Notes: a model not told the origin generated them from the sequence alone. A stretch of 64,000 nt of DNA from Candidatus Multivoradales bacterium (GCA_965223325.1 CBDCWI010000002.1:2816001-2880000), one strand, 5' to 3'. Shown: positions 27,257 to 37,524, counted from the stretch's first letter. Numbers and translations are program-made.

Positions 27257-28861
27257 ATGCCGGGCATCATCAGCCTCTGCCTTGCGACGCTTCTGCTCAG
27301 CTGCGCCCAGCGGAATCCTGAGTTCGACGTTCTGATTCAAGGCGCAACGCTCGTCGACCCGGCCACCGAGGAGCTGCGACAAGCGGACCTGGCTGTGCGC
27401 GGCGAGCGCATCGCGGCGATCGGCGACCTCACCGGTCGAACAGCGAAACTCATCGTCCTTGGCACTCGCCTCCACCTCGCGCCAGGCTTCATCGACACCC
27501 ACTCCCACACCGCAGGTGCCTTGGCCAGCGCCGACCGCAGTGCCGCCCCTGCTCTGCTCTACCAGGGTGTCACCACGGTGGTGGTGAACCCAGACGGCCG
27601 CAGCCCACTCGATCTCGAACAACAAAAGCAAGAGCTTCGCGCCCACGGGCTTGGGGTGAACGTCGCACTCTTGATCGGCCACGGAAGCATTCGCGAAAGG
27701 GTTCTCGGAATGGAGGATCGCGCACCAACAGCCGAAGAGCTCGAGACGATGAAAGGGCTCGTCGAGCAGGGCATGGAGGCCGGTGCCGTCGGACTGTCGT
27801 CGGGCCCCTTCTACGCTCCTGGCTCCTTTGCGGAGACGGCTGAACTGGTTGCACTCGCCGCGATCGCCGCGCGGTACAACGGTGTGTACCAAAGTCACAT
27901 TCGCGACGAGTCCAACTACAGCATCGGACTCGAAGCGGCGGTCGAAGAAGTCATCACCGTCGCCGAGCAGGCCGAAGTCACCGGTGTCGTCACCCACATC
28001 AAGGCACTTGGGCCGCCAGTCTGGGGTCGCTCACAAGAGGTGGTCGCAGCGATCGAAAAGGCCCGCAAGCGCGGTGTCTCGGTGTTCGCCGACCAATACC
28101 CCTATCCAGCCTCGGCAACCGGCCTGGCCGCCGCTTTGGTTCCGCGTTGGGCTCAAGCCGGCGGTCACGAGGCATTCCTGGAACGCCTCGAAGACGACTC
28201 GGGAAAGGCTCGAATCGTCGCTGCGATGGCGGAGAACCTGGCGCGTCGCGGTGGCGCTGAACGGATCCAGTTCCAGCAGGCCGGTACCCACGAAGATCTC
28301 GAGGGCAAGACTCTCGCCGCGGTCGCAGAGAAGAACGGCCTCGAGGCGATCGACCAGGCCTTGCTTTTGTTACGAGACGGAGAAGTCCAGATCATCTCCT
28401 TCAACATGAGCGACAACGACGTCGAGCGCTTCATGGCCCAACCGTGGACGATGACAGCCTCCGACGGCGCCTACCCATCCTGGGGCGAGGGAATGCCGCA
28501 CCCTCGAAGCTTCGGAACCTTCCCCAGGCGCCTCAGGCGCTACAGTCTCGACAAGGAAGTGCTACCGCTCGCCCGGACCGTGCGCAGCATGACCACCCTG
28601 CCTGCAGAGGTCTATGGACTGAGCGGTCGCGGAGTTCTCGAGGTCGGCGCGTTCGCGGACCTCGTGCTATTCGACAGCCAACAGATCGAAGACAAAGCGA
28701 CTTTCGAGGAGCCGTACCAACTCGCCGACGGGATTCGCCTGGTGCTGGTCAACGGAGTGCTCGCCCACAGTCACGGAGAAGGCATGCCGCGAACCGGTGA
28801 GGCCGACCCCACTCCCACCCTCGCTGGTCGAATCCTGACCAGGACACCGGCTGGGAACTGA
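27257..28861 (+). CDS. N-acyl-D-amino-acid deacylase (lipoprotein)
   Basis: APGFIDTHSH, SHIRDE, DQYPY, HPRSFGTFPR; lipobox LLSC; start uncertain (27191-27257). Confidence 0.9.
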   Translation: MPGIISLCLATLLLSCAQRNPEFDVLIQGATLVDPATEELRQADLAVRGERIAAIGDLTGRTAKLIVLGTRLHLAPGFIDTHSHTAGALASADRSAAPALLYQGVTTVVVNPDGRSPLDLEQQKQELRAHGLGVNVALLIGHGSIRERVLGMEDRAPTAEELETMKGLVEQGMEAGAVGLSSGPFYAPGSFAETAELVALAAIAARYNGVYQSHIRDESNYSIGLEAAVEEVITVAEQAEVTGVVTHIKALGPPVWGRSQEVVAAIEKARKRGVSVFADQYPYPASATGLAAALVPRWAQAGGHEAFLERLEDDSGKARIVAAMAENLARRGGAERIQFQQAGTHEDLEGKTLAAVAEKNGLEAIDQALLLLRDGEVQIISFNMSDNDVERFMAQPWTMTASDGAYPSWGEGMPHPRSFGTFPRRLRRYSLDKEVLPLARTVRSMTTLPAEVYGLSGRGVLEVGAFADLVLFDSQQIEDKATFEEPYQLADGIRLVLVNGVLAHSHGEGMPRTGEADPTPTLAGRILTRTPAGN

Positions 28862-29200
28862 CCAGGCAGTCGGTGCAAGCCGGACGAAGCTCGCTGGCTC
28901 CTGCCAAGTGCTCTCAGGACCCTGCCTACCGCGATACTCTCGAGCTGATCGAGCATCCAGGAGAGCAGACGAAGGGCGAAGCACCAACTGCTCGCTGGTA
29001 GTGAGTCGCTGCAGCCAACCACCAGGGAGGACCAGAGAACGGCAAGACAGGAACCCGACGACCCCTACACCGCCCTCGGTTTTCGACAGAAGGCGGCGGC
29101 TGAGATCCGAGGGAGCTACACTGGTTTGTTCATCGAAAGCCTGCCAGCGACTACCAAGAAACGCCTCTCGCGCACCGCGCAACCACCAGGAGACGGAACC

Positions 29201-29602
29201 CTGAACATCAAGATTCAAGATCTGATGCAGAGCCCGGTACACACTCTGCAACGCCATAACACTGTTGCCGACGCCCGCAAGATGGTCCAGCGAAGGAAGC
29301 TCAGTTCGATTCCCATTACCGGCTCTGACAACGAGCTGCTCGGAATCGTCTCGACGACCGACCTGGTAGGGGACGTCAAGGACGGGACTCCGCTGAGCAA
29401 AGTGATGACCGAGAGGGTCTACTCAGTACCACAGTACAACGACGTTCACATCGCTGCCCGCGTCATGCGCAAGCACGGGATCCACCATGTGGTCGTCACT
29501 CACGAGAAGGCCGTCGTCGGCATCATCAGCTCGTTCGATCTCTTGCAGTTGGTCGAAGACCATCGCTTTACGATGAAGAATGCTCCCAGCAAGCAGAGGT
29601 GA
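29201..29602 (+). CDS. CBS-domain pair protein
   Basis: IQDLMQSPVHT...GIVSTTD; VVGIISSFDL; probable CTG start after AGGAG. Confidence 0.85.
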   Translation: MNIKIQDLMQSPVHTLQRHNTVADARKMVQRRKLSSIPITGSDNELLGIVSTTDLVGDVKDGTPLSKVMTERVYSVPQYNDVHIAARVMRKHGIHHVVVTHEKAVVGIISSFDLLQLVEDHRFTMKNAPSKQR

Positions 29603-29752
29603 TGGAAGCGCTTGTCGAGCACGACATGGAGGCCGGCGCTGTCGGGCTGTCGCCGGGTCCCCTTTCAGGCGCCCGGTTCAGACGCCAGGACTGCAGAGCT
29701 GGTGGCGCTCGCCGAGTGGGCGCCCAGTACGATGGCGTGTGCCAGAGCACAC
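29602..29752 (+). pseudogene. Frameshifted fragment of a D-aminoacylase paralog
   Basis: MEALVEHDMEAGAVGLSPGP/APGS..TAELVALA/QYDGVCQS aligns with 27749-27900 across frameshifts. Confidence 0.75.
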
Positions 29753-29773
29753 CAGGAGCTCTCGAACCCTCGA

Positions 29774-31927
29774 CTACTCGAGGTAGCCGAGGGCTCGCAG
29801 CCGCTTTGTCTCCTCTGCTGAAAGCCGATCCCTTCTGCCCTCCTGGTAGACGTCGGGGCCGCCCGGGTTCAGTTCGCGAGAGAGTCTCTTGAACAGATTT
29901 CCCTCGCAGGGTTCGCTGATCCACTTCCCCTCGCGGAGTCGTTGGCACTCCTCGCCATCACTCCACACCACCCGTCTGCTTTCGAGCAGCTGCTCGCCAT
30001 ACACATGCTCGCCCAACCGCCGGGCCGGATCGAGAACGTGGATTGGCGACACGTGCTCTTCCATGAAGACTCTCTGAACCCGGGCGCTGGTGGTCGACAG
30101 AGGGGCTCCCTCACCTGGTCGCGTCTTCCCAAGGACGTCTAGAACGGTTGGATAGATATCGACGATCGAAGCGAGATGGACGTCTCGATACCCAACCTTC
30201 TGGCCGGGCCAACGAACGACGAGAGGCGCATCAATGAGGGGTGGGTCGAGCCGGTAGCTATGCGTGAGGTGCCGGTACTCACCGAGGCTTTCACCGTGGT
30301 CGGAAGTGATCACGACAAGTGCGTCCTCGAGTAGCCCCCTATCCTCGAGCCCGGACAGCAGCTTCCCAAGCTGAAAGTCCATATAGGCGACTTCGGCAAG
30401 GTACTTGGCGCGCAGCAGCTGCCTCTCTGGCTCAGTGAGATCGGGACTTCCCGTCAAGACCTCCGCCCAGCCGGCTGGGTCGCCAGCTCCGAAGCGCGCC
30501 CACTTCGAGTCAGCGGGAAACTCCGACGCAAGGTCAAACACGCCGAGCGACTCCTCCCAGGGGCGCGGCGCCTGATAGAGGCCGTGGGGGTCAAAGTAGT
30601 TCACGAACAGGAAGATCGGTGACTCGATGTGGCGATCGACTTCTTGCAGCGCTCGATCCGTCACCTCATCGCCACGCATCTCGTGCTCCGCCGGCTGATG
30701 GAACACATCGAAGCCCTGGGCGAGACCAAAGATGGGAGCAACGAGACCACCGCCAGCGACCCCGACCGTGAAGTACCCCTCGCGATCCAGGATCTCGACC
30801 AGCGAGTCGTGATCCGCGGGTAGGCGATCTGAGGTGACGCCACCCCCGTGGCGGGAGGGATAGAGCCCCGTAAAGATGGATGCGTGGCTGGGGATCGTCC
30901 AGGGCGATGTGACGTAGGCCCGATCGAAGACCGCCGCCGAAGCAGCGAACCGTTCGAGATTGGGTGTCAAGCCTGCCGGCCCGTCATAGATCGAAAGAGC
31001 ATCACGACGAGTGGTGTCGAGAGTGACCAGAACGATCGCCGGAAGCGGCTGGTCGACCGCCTCAGGCTCCTGCAGGTTCCACAGAAACAGGCCTAGCTCG
31101 CTCCCGTCCACCTCAACCTGGATCGAGCGAGTCGTTTCGATCACCGGCACCCGAACGGTCACTCGCTCGTACCCCTCTACCCTCCACGCCATTTCGTTCG
31201 ACCCAACGAGTACCTCGAACCGGGCCGGTACGGTCGACAGGTTTGTAAGGTCAAGGTAGATCTCTCGCTGGTCACCCTCCTCGACTGGAAGCGCTCGTCG
31301 CCCGGGTCCAGCGAAAGCCAGGCCCGCCTGCTTCTCCTGCCAGGGGCCCGCAATGCCGTGCTCGATGAAGATGCCCAGTTCTCTGAGTCTTGGAAACTCT
31401 GACTTCAAGAGCTCCTGAACACCCGTTTCGTTCCCAGAACCCAACCTCAGCGCCGCCAGACGTACCGGCGAGTTGGTGTCTTCCGAAAACAGCCGGAGCT
31501 CGTGCCGCCCAACCGTGTTCAGCTGCTCCGGAACCTCTACGGTGAGTAGTTCTTCCGAGAGAGTTGCTGGCAGCTCCTCTTTGTCCCAGGTAGCAACATA
31601 GTTCGACCCGGCACCCGCCACTTGCATCTCGAAGTGAAGGGAGCCTCCCCCCGCCTCGGAAACGATGACGTGAAGCGCACCACCCGGCAAGACCTCGAAG
31701 TACGTCTCGTTTGGGGACTCGCCTGGCGACTCGATCAGGTTCCAGTAGCGATCAAGGGCGAGAAGCACTCGCTCAGAAGAGACGACTTCGCCTTTCAGTT
31801 CTTGGAATCGGGATGCCGGTTGGCGGTCACACGCAAGAAGAATCGCGCTGACGGCTGCGAGCAGGAGCAGCGGCCGGTTCCTGTCAAAAAGCCTGTGAAG
31901 CATTGAATGCAGGCGCCCACACCTCAT
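29774..31927 (-). CDS. Sulfatase/alkaline-phosphatase superfamily lipoprotein
   Basis: LDTTRRD, WTIPSHASIFTGLYP, DPH, TSDHGE, C-terminal LRALGY; lipobox LLAC. Confidence 0.88.
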   Translation of the reverse strand: MRCGRLHSMLHRLFDRNRPLLLLAAVSAILLACDRQPASRFQELKGEVVSSERVLLALDRYWNLIESPGESPNETYFEVLPGGALHVIVSEAGGGSLHFEMQVAGAGSNYVATWDKEELPATLSEELLTVEVPEQLNTVGRHELRLFSEDTNSPVRLAALRLGSGNETGVQELLKSEFPRLRELGIFIEHGIAGPWQEKQAGLAFAGPGRRALPVEEGDQREIYLDLTNLSTVPARFEVLVGSNEMAWRVEGYERVTVRVPVIETTRSIQVEVDGSELGLFLWNLQEPEAVDQPLPAIVLVTLDTTRRDALSIYDGPAGLTPNLERFAASAAVFDRAYVTSPWTIPSHASIFTGLYPSRHGGGVTSDRLPADHDSLVEILDREGYFTVGVAGGGLVAPIFGLAQGFDVFHQPAEHEMRGDEVTDRALQEVDRHIESPIFLFVNYFDPHGLYQAPRPWEESLGVFDLASEFPADSKWARFGAGDPAGWAEVLTGSPDLTEPERQLLRAKYLAEVAYMDFQLGKLLSGLEDRGLLEDALVVITSDHGESLGEYRHLTHSYRLDPPLIDAPLVVRWPGQKVGYRDVHLASIVDIYPTVLDVLGKTRPGEGAPLSTTSARVQRVFMEEHVSPIHVLDPARRLGEHVYGEQLLESRRVVWSDGEECQRLREGKWISEPCEGNLFKRLSRELNPGGPDVYQEGRRDRLSAEETKRLRALGYLE

Positions 31928-32044
31928 GGGAGAAAGCAGCGGGTCGAAAGGTCTTCACGAGGGTACTAGCAGGAGGGGATTGTCCGATCCTTGCCCCTTT
32001 GGCGTGACCGGGGTTGGCAGCGGGTCACTTCGGGGTCTTGTAGC

Positions 32045-32120
32045 TGGTGCCCAGGGGCGGAATCGAACCACCGACACCGCGATTTTCAGTCGCGTGCTCT
32101 ACCAACTGAGCTACCTAGGC
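32045..32120 (-). tRNA. tRNA-Phe(GAA)
   Basis: GCCTAGG...CTGAAAA...GGTTCGATTCC...CCTGGGCACCA cloverleaf with encoded CCA. Confidence 0.97.
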
Positions 32121-32137
32121 GATCAGTCTGACGACGG

Positions 32138-32167
32138 TTTGTAGCAGGCTTTTCGGGCATGAGTCAA
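32138..32167 (-). promoter_or_regulatory. Sigma-70 promoter of tRNA-Phe
   Basis: TTGACT-18-TACAAA with extended TG. Confidence 0.55.
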
Positions 32168-32231
32168 CGATCCGGGGAGAGAGTGTGGTCCTGCCATTCC
32201 CGAATCTCCGATTTCTCGTAGAATGCCGGCG

Positions 32232-33074
32232 ATGCGCCACGCACTGCCACTCATCGCCCTTGTCGCCCTCGCCCTCGCCGTTTTACCTCTGGCGCCCGCC
32301 GCGGCCTGGACGCCGGAGAGCCAGGTTCTGATTGCCGCTGAGGGCGCCAAGCTCGCACCGCCCGACTTCTTCCGCCAGATCGCGCGCAACGAGAAGGCGT
32401 TTCAGGAGGGGGTTCTGGCACCCTTTGGCGAGAACGATCCCACCCGGCACTACAAAAACGCCGACGGTACGGGACAGCTCGACCGGGTGATCGTCCAGGA
32501 GGTCGAGCGCACGATCCAGATGATCGAGGGGCACCAGTCTTTCGAGCGCATTGCGCGCCAGGTCGGGCGACTGGCCTACTTCGTTTCGATCGCCAACAAC
32601 CCGCTCAACACTTCGGCTGGCGACACTGGTGAGGCGCAGTACTACCGCGACTACGCGAGCTATGTCGCCAGCGCGTCGCCGCGCCTGCCGGTGATCTTCT
32701 ATGGCACCGAAGACGATCTCGACGCCGGTGACGTTGCGAGTTTCATCGCGCGTACCCTCGACCGTGGGCGCAAGCTCTACCCGCTGATCGCCTCGGAGTA
32801 CCGTCGCATTGGCAAGCTTCCAGGCAGCAAGTACTTCGACGATCGCTCGACGGCCTTTGGCGCGACGTCGGTTGCCTACAGTCGCGCCGTATCAGACATC
32901 GCGTTGATTCTGCGCTACGTCTGGGTGACGGCCGGCGGCGCAGACCATCGCAACGCGCCGCGCGCCAGTGACGGTCGCCTCCTCAAGGTCGAACAAAGGT
33001 TGGCAGCCGGCGACGAACCCCGAGCCGCGGCACGTCGCGCGGTGGCGAAGAAGAACCCCACACGCCGCCGCTAG
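32232..33074 (+). CDS. Secreted protein resembling the Zn phospholipase C / P1 nuclease fold, ligands degenerate
   Basis: Signal peptide ending AAA followed by Trp; GRLAYFVSIANNPLN segment; TAGAAT 7 nt before ATG 32232. Confidence 0.65.
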   Translation: MRHALPLIALVALALAVLPLAPAAAWTPESQVLIAAEGAKLAPPDFFRQIARNEKAFQEGVLAPFGENDPTRHYKNADGTGQLDRVIVQEVERTIQMIEGHQSFERIARQVGRLAYFVSIANNPLNTSAGDTGEAQYYRDYASYVASASPRLPVIFYGTEDDLDAGDVASFIARTLDRGRKLYPLIASEYRRIGKLPGSKYFDDRSTAFGATSVAYSRAVSDIALILRYVWVTAGGADHRNAPRASDGRLLKVEQRLAAGDEPRAAARRAVAKKNPTRRR

Positions 33075-33369
33075 AGGCGCCCCTTCGAGACCGCCAGAAA
33101 GGCCGAAGCGAGTGCACTTGCGTGTTACGCTTCGCGCTCTCTCGACCCCTCTGAACGCTCGCGTCTGAACGCCCGCGAACTGGCGCGCACCTCGTTGGCC
33201 GGGATCTCGCCTGGCCCGCGCCGGAACGGAATACGCCCTCCTTCAAACGGGCGCGGTCCGCACTGCTTTCTAAGGATCTCTTGTTCCGCAGAGAGCACTC
33301 CGCTTCTCCTCGTGCCCCGCTCGCCTCGTGTGATCTCGCAACACTCAGCCTGAAGCAGGAATCTCTCTG

Positions 33370-34956
33370 ATGCTCAATGCAAAACGCGCACTGCTCTCCG
33401 TCTCCGACAAGAGCGGACTGGCGGACTTCGGCCGTGGTTTGGCGGACCTCGGCATTGAACTGCTCTCGACCGGTGGCACGTTCAAGCATCTCGAAGATGC
33501 GGGCGTTCCGGTGACCAAGGTCTCGGAGGTCACGGGTTCGCCCGAGATTCTCGACGGGCGCGTGAAAACCCTCCACCCGAGAATCCACGGTGGCATCCTC
33601 GCCGACCGGTCGCGCTCGTCTCATTTGAGTGAGCTGCGCGAGCATGGCATCGAGCCCATCGATCTGGTCGTGGTGAACCTCTACCCGTTCCGAGAAACGG
33701 CCGCCGCTCCCGACGCGACCTACGGCGACATCGTCGAGATGATCGACATCGGCGGCCCATGCATGCTGCGCGCGGCGGCCAAGAACCATCAAGGGGTGGT
33801 GGTGGTGGTCGACCCGGCCGACTACCCACAGATCCTGACGGCGCTTCAAGAAGGGGAAGGGACCGTTCCTGAATCGCTCCGCCAGAGTCTGGCGCTCAAG
33901 GGTTTCCGTCATACCCAGGCCTACGACACGGCGATCGCCCGGTGGTTAGAAGAGCAGCTGCGCAGCGAAGACAACGTCGACACGACCTATCCCGAAGCGC
34001 TCACTCTCGAGTTGGCGCGCGAGATGGTGCCGCGATATGGCGAGAACCCGCACCAGCGTGCGGCCGTCTATCGCGACACAGCCAGGGGCGGCATTCTCGG
34101 CAACGCCGAGGCGGGCTTTCAGCAGCTGCAGGGCAAGGAACTGTCGTGGAACAACTTTCTCGACGCCGATGCGGCACGCAAACTCGTCTGGAGCTTTGAC
34201 GAGCCGACGGTGGTGATCGTCAAGCACAACAACCCGTGTGGAACGGGCCGCGGCGAAACCCTGGAGACGGCCTACGAGCGCGCACTCAGAAGTGACCCGG
34301 TCTCAGCTTTTGGCTCGATCGTGGCCATCAACCGCCCGGCGACGGTCGAGCTCGCGACGGCAATGAAGGACCTGTTCGTCGAAGTGGTGGTCGCCCCTGG
34401 TTACGAAGAGGCAGCCATCGAGCGCTTCGCGCGCAAGAAGAACCTGCGGGTCTTGCGCTCTCCCGCCTACGCCGCGACCAGTGAAGACTTCGAACTGCGC
34501 GCGATCGACGGCGGCTTTCTCGCCCAGAGCCTCGACGTAGGGCACGAGAGCCCCGATGCCTGGACCTGCCCCACCCGCGCACAACCCACCGACAGCCAAT
34601 GGCGAGCCCTCGACTTCGTCTGGCGGGTTGGCCGCTACGTCAAGTCCAACGCCATCGTCATCGGCGGGCCCGACCAGACGTACGGAGTCGGCGCCGGCCA
34701 GATGAGCCGCCTCGACTCAGCCCGCATTGCCCTCGAGAAAACGCGCGCCGCCACCGAAGATCTGGGGGCCGTCGACCTGGTGGCATCGTCCGATGCCTTC
34801 TTCCCCTTCCGCGACGGCCTCGACGTACTGGCCGAAGGAGGCGTTCGAGCCATCGCCCAGCCGGGGGGCTCGAAGCGCGACGACGAAGTGATCGCAGCAG
34901 CCGATGAACACGGCATCGCGATGGTCTTCACAGGCCGCCGCCACTTCAGGCACTGA
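33370..34956 (+). CDS. purH: Bifunctional AICAR transformylase/IMP cyclohydrolase
   Basis: [49 protein letters not shown]. Confidence 0.97.
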   Translation: MLNAKRALLSVSDKSGLADFGRGLADLGIELLSTGGTFKHLEDAGVPVTKVSEVTGSPEILDGRVKTLHPRIHGGILADRSRSSHLSELREHGIEPIDLVVVNLYPFRETAAAPDATYGDIVEMIDIGGPCMLRAAAKNHQGVVVVVDPADYPQILTALQEGEGTVPESLRQSLALKGFRHTQAYDTAIARWLEEQLRSEDNVDTTYPEALTLELAREMVPRYGENPHQRAAVYRDTARGGILGNAEAGFQQLQGKELSWNNFLDADAARKLVWSFDEPTVVIVKHNNPCGTGRGETLETAYERALRSDPVSAFGSIVAINRPATVELATAMKDLFVEVVVAPGYEEAAIERFARKKNLRVLRSPAYAATSEDFELRAIDGGFLAQSLDVGHESPDAWTCPTRAQPTDSQWRALDFVWRVGRYVKSNAIVIGGPDQTYGVGAGQMSRLDSARIALEKTRAATEDLGAVDLVASSDAFFPFRDGLDVLAEGGVRAIAQPGGSKRDDEVIAAADEHGIAMVFTGRRHFRH

Positions 34957-35044
34957 GCAAGAATCCGCCGAGTACGCTGGTTCCGTTCGCGAGGCGGAGT
35001 TTCGGCGCGGAATTTCGTCGGAGGTGAATGCTATTCTCCATCGC

Positions 35045-35713
35045 ATGATGCGCTGGATTTCGAGCAGCCTTCCGAGCAGCATCGTGCTCGTAACTGCTCT
35101 GTCCTTTAGTAGTTACCTTGCCCCAGGTGGCCCGGTGGGAGCGGCAGACGCCGAAACTGCCTGGAGTGCCCTGGCAGAGCTGCGCATGGCCCTTGAAACC
35201 GGAGGTGCCGTCGAGGCCACTTTCGAGCAAACGCTCTTGCCGAGCGGGTTCAGTTCGGGCACCACCGAGTCCGGCACGCTGGTGCTGTCGTTGCCCCATT
35301 GCATGCGCTACGACTACACCGACCCGGACGCAAAGTTCTTTCTCTTGTGCGGCAATCAGGTCTACTACTGGCACGCCGGCGAGACGATCGGGCAGCGCTT
35401 CGAAATCGATAGCGCCGACACTCCCGGCCTCGACTTCTTCTTCCTGCCGCCGGCTGAACTCGAGAAGCGGTACGAGGCTAGCGCGTCCGTAGTGGGTGAC
35501 GACCTGGTGCTCGATCTCACACCGCTTACGCCAACCGAAGACCTGGTGTCTGCACAGGTCACGCTCGACGCGAAGCACCAGCGCATTACCCGGCTCTCGT
35601 ATTCGAACGCCGAGGGCGATCTGAACCGCTTCGAAATCAGTGACTACAAGACCACCCAAGCCGACTCATCACGCTTCGAACCGCCACCCGATATCGAGTG
35701 GGAGGACTCCTGA
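35045..35713 (+). CDS. lolA: Outer-membrane lipoprotein carrier LolA-like
   Basis: ATFEQ...ESGTL...PHCMRYDY..P pattern; C-terminal F.PP; signal peptide. Confidence 0.75.
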   Translation: MMRWISSSLPSSIVLVTALSFSSYLAPGGPVGAADAETAWSALAELRMALETGGAVEATFEQTLLPSGFSSGTTESGTLVLSLPHCMRYDYTDPDAKFFLLCGNQVYYWHAGETIGQRFEIDSADTPGLDFFFLPPAELEKRYEASASVVGDDLVLDLTPLTPTEDLVSAQVTLDAKHQRITRLSYSNAEGDLNRFEISDYKTTQADSSRFEPPPDIEWEDS

Positions 35714-35715
35714 CT

Positions 35716-36426
35716 ATGAATCTCAACGACTCTAGGGGCCGCACGGCGGCACTCTTCGCACTCTCCATCGCTCTTCTTCTTGCGCTGGTGGCCAGTCCCG
35801 CCAGTTCACAGGTCAAGAAGTTCTTCCCCGGCAAGGCCTACGCCGAGGGCACACAGGTCGAGGTCACTGGCTTCGTGACAGATCGGAACGGCCAGCCGAT
35901 CCAGGACATCGTGGTGGTGCTCGAAGGTGCACGTCGTGAGGTGCAGTGGAAGAAGATGCGCCGCATCAACGCCAACCCGCGCCGGGTCACCACCCGCACC
36001 GGACCCAACGGCGAGTTCAGCCTGCCGTGGAGCTGGCACCCGTACTACAACCGGTTCACCCTGCACGCCGAGGTCGACGTTCTGCGCACCGGCGGTGCAT
36101 CCATCCCGGAAATCCTCGCGAGCGCTGATCTGACGACGCCGATCAAGAACGGCACGCCAGTGGTGGCAAATCTCGAGATCGAGAACCGCGAGTTCCTCGA
36201 TTCCTTCCGTACTTTTCTCGCCTCGCTCGACAGCAACGATGAGAAGAACATCTACGGCTCAATGGGGCAACCCGACAAAGTCGAGACGCTCAAGTTCCCA
36301 GATCGCGAAGAAGTCTCCTGGTGGTACTTCGAAGCCGGCAAGACCTACCGCTTCAAGAACGGCGCGGTCGAGCAGGTCGTCGCCTTTGACCCGGTCACAA
36401 GCTTCGACGAGAACAACGGGCGCTAG
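35716..36426 (+). CDS. Secreted protein with a carboxypeptidase-regulatory-like domain
   Basis: VTGFVTDRNGQPI...TTRTGPNGEF; C-terminal G.PD...WWY (BamE/SmpA-like). Confidence 0.7.
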   Translation: MNLNDSRGRTAALFALSIALLLALVASPASSQVKKFFPGKAYAEGTQVEVTGFVTDRNGQPIQDIVVVLEGARREVQWKKMRRINANPRRVTTRTGPNGEFSLPWSWHPYYNRFTLHAEVDVLRTGGASIPEILASADLTTPIKNGTPVVANLEIENREFLDSFRTFLASLDSNDEKNIYGSMGQPDKVETLKFPDREEVSWWYFEAGKTYRFKNGAVEQVVAFDPVTSFDENNGR

Positions 36427-37400
36427 AAGTCGCTGGGGGCCACCCGGGCGCTCGCCACCAGCGGCTGGTCACTCATCAAAACGTAGCGAAAGCGCCGCGA
36501 CTCGACGTCGCGCCAGTAGTCCCGCCCGGGGACCCGCAAAACGACCACGACGTTCGGGTCCGAGGCGCTGGCGCTTGCCGAACGGACCGCTCCGCTGCGC
36601 TCGGTCTCGGCGGGCGCGTCGAAAGACCGAGGCCGCTCGACACTGACCCAGGCCCAGCGAGCGCGACCGGGGGCGCCGCCCTCGAACCACAGTTCGAGAT
36701 GCCCTTCGACGACTTCCCCGAAGTCAACCAGCACTCCCGGATGGAACGTGTCGTTGGCCTGGCGGACCTCGATCTCCTCGATTGATGCGGCCCAGCGCCC
36801 GCGCTGAGCGTCGAGCACCGGTGGCCTGGGGTGCGTGCGACCGGCGGGTACCTGCGGTTCATGCCAGCGCCCGGTTGGTGAATGGCCCCACGACATCGCC
36901 GGCTGGCTCTCGCGGGGGTTTGACCAACCCTCGAGAAAGCCATTCTCGTGACTACTGACGATCTGCCAGGTCGGGTCACTGACCAGGGTTGGCCGTTCCA
37001 TCCCGTCGACGAACATCGCCAGCAGAATGCCGCCGGCGCCGGTGCGCGAGCGGGCCTCGACGACCAGGCGGTTGACCCCGGCCTGGAGAAGCGATCCCAC
37101 GACGTACTCGTCCAACTCCGCACCGTCGTAACGACCTGCGCCGAGGCGCGTACCGTTGAGATAGAGCTGGTACTCGACGTCGACGGAAATCAACAGCCGC
37201 GCCGTCAGCGGTGCCGCTTCGAGCTCGAAGTCACGATAGGCGTAGAAGGCCGCCGCGTCGTGACCGTCGGGCGCATCGGCGGCCCAGATCCAGGCGGCCG
37301 CAGCGGTTGGCCCGGATGTCTCGCGATGACTGCGAATGGCCCACTCGACCGCGCCGAGGGCGAGCAGGGCCAACCCGGTCAGGACCAGCGTGCGCCTCAT
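36423..37400 (-). CDS. Membrane-anchored protein with alpha-L-rhamnosidase N-terminal-like beta domains
   Basis: AWIW, YRDFEL, ISVD..YQLYLNG, VDFG, FRYV; no catalytic barrel. Confidence 0.65.
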   Translation of the reverse strand: MRRTLVLTGLALLALGAVEWAIRSHRETSGPTAAAAWIWAADAPDGHDAAAFYAYRDFELEAAPLTARLLISVDVEYQLYLNGTRLGAGRYDGAELDEYVVGSLLQAGVNRLVVEARSRTGAGGILLAMFVDGMERPTLVSDPTWQIVSSHENGFLEGWSNPRESQPAMSWGHSPTGRWHEPQVPAGRTHPRPPVLDAQRGRWAASIEEIEVRQANDTFHPGVLVDFGEVVEGHLELWFEGGAPGRARWAWVSVERPRSFDAPAETERSGAVRSASASASDPNVVVVLRVPGRDYWRDVESRRFRYVLMSDQPLVASARVAPSDF

Positions 37401-37490
37401 GGTTGGCGAAGCTAGCACGGGGGCAGAACGCTGGCTGGGGCCAGTGAGCGAGAATCGGCTGAGCGAGCCAGCTTTTTGGCCTCCGATTCA

Positions 37491-37519
37491 TTGACTCCGG
37501 GGGGGCCCATGGTTACTCT
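37491..37519 (+). promoter_or_regulatory. Sigma-70 promoter of the kdsB operon
   Basis: TTGACT-17-TACTCT. Confidence 0.6.
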
Positions 37520-37524
37520 GGATC

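Noticed and set aside
28905-28990. Glycine riboswitch (CTCTCAGG, GGAGAG, GAAGG)
   Set aside because: Motifs are in the wrong order and no complete aptamer can be folded
13599-32045. Genomic island integrated at tRNA-Phe
   Set aside because: No integrase and no duplicate of the tRNA 3' end found by eye; accessory content alone is insufficient
33150-33177. 14-bp direct repeat TCTGAACGCYCGCG x2 (similarly CGAAGTTCAGG x2 at 48821-48842)
   Set aside because: Only two copies each, consistent with local slippage; no functional context
33170-33225. ZMP/ZTP riboswitch before purH (CTGGCG...CGCCTGG)
   Set aside because: The GTGG/CCAC stem and overall spacing are missing; short matches are expected at this GC content
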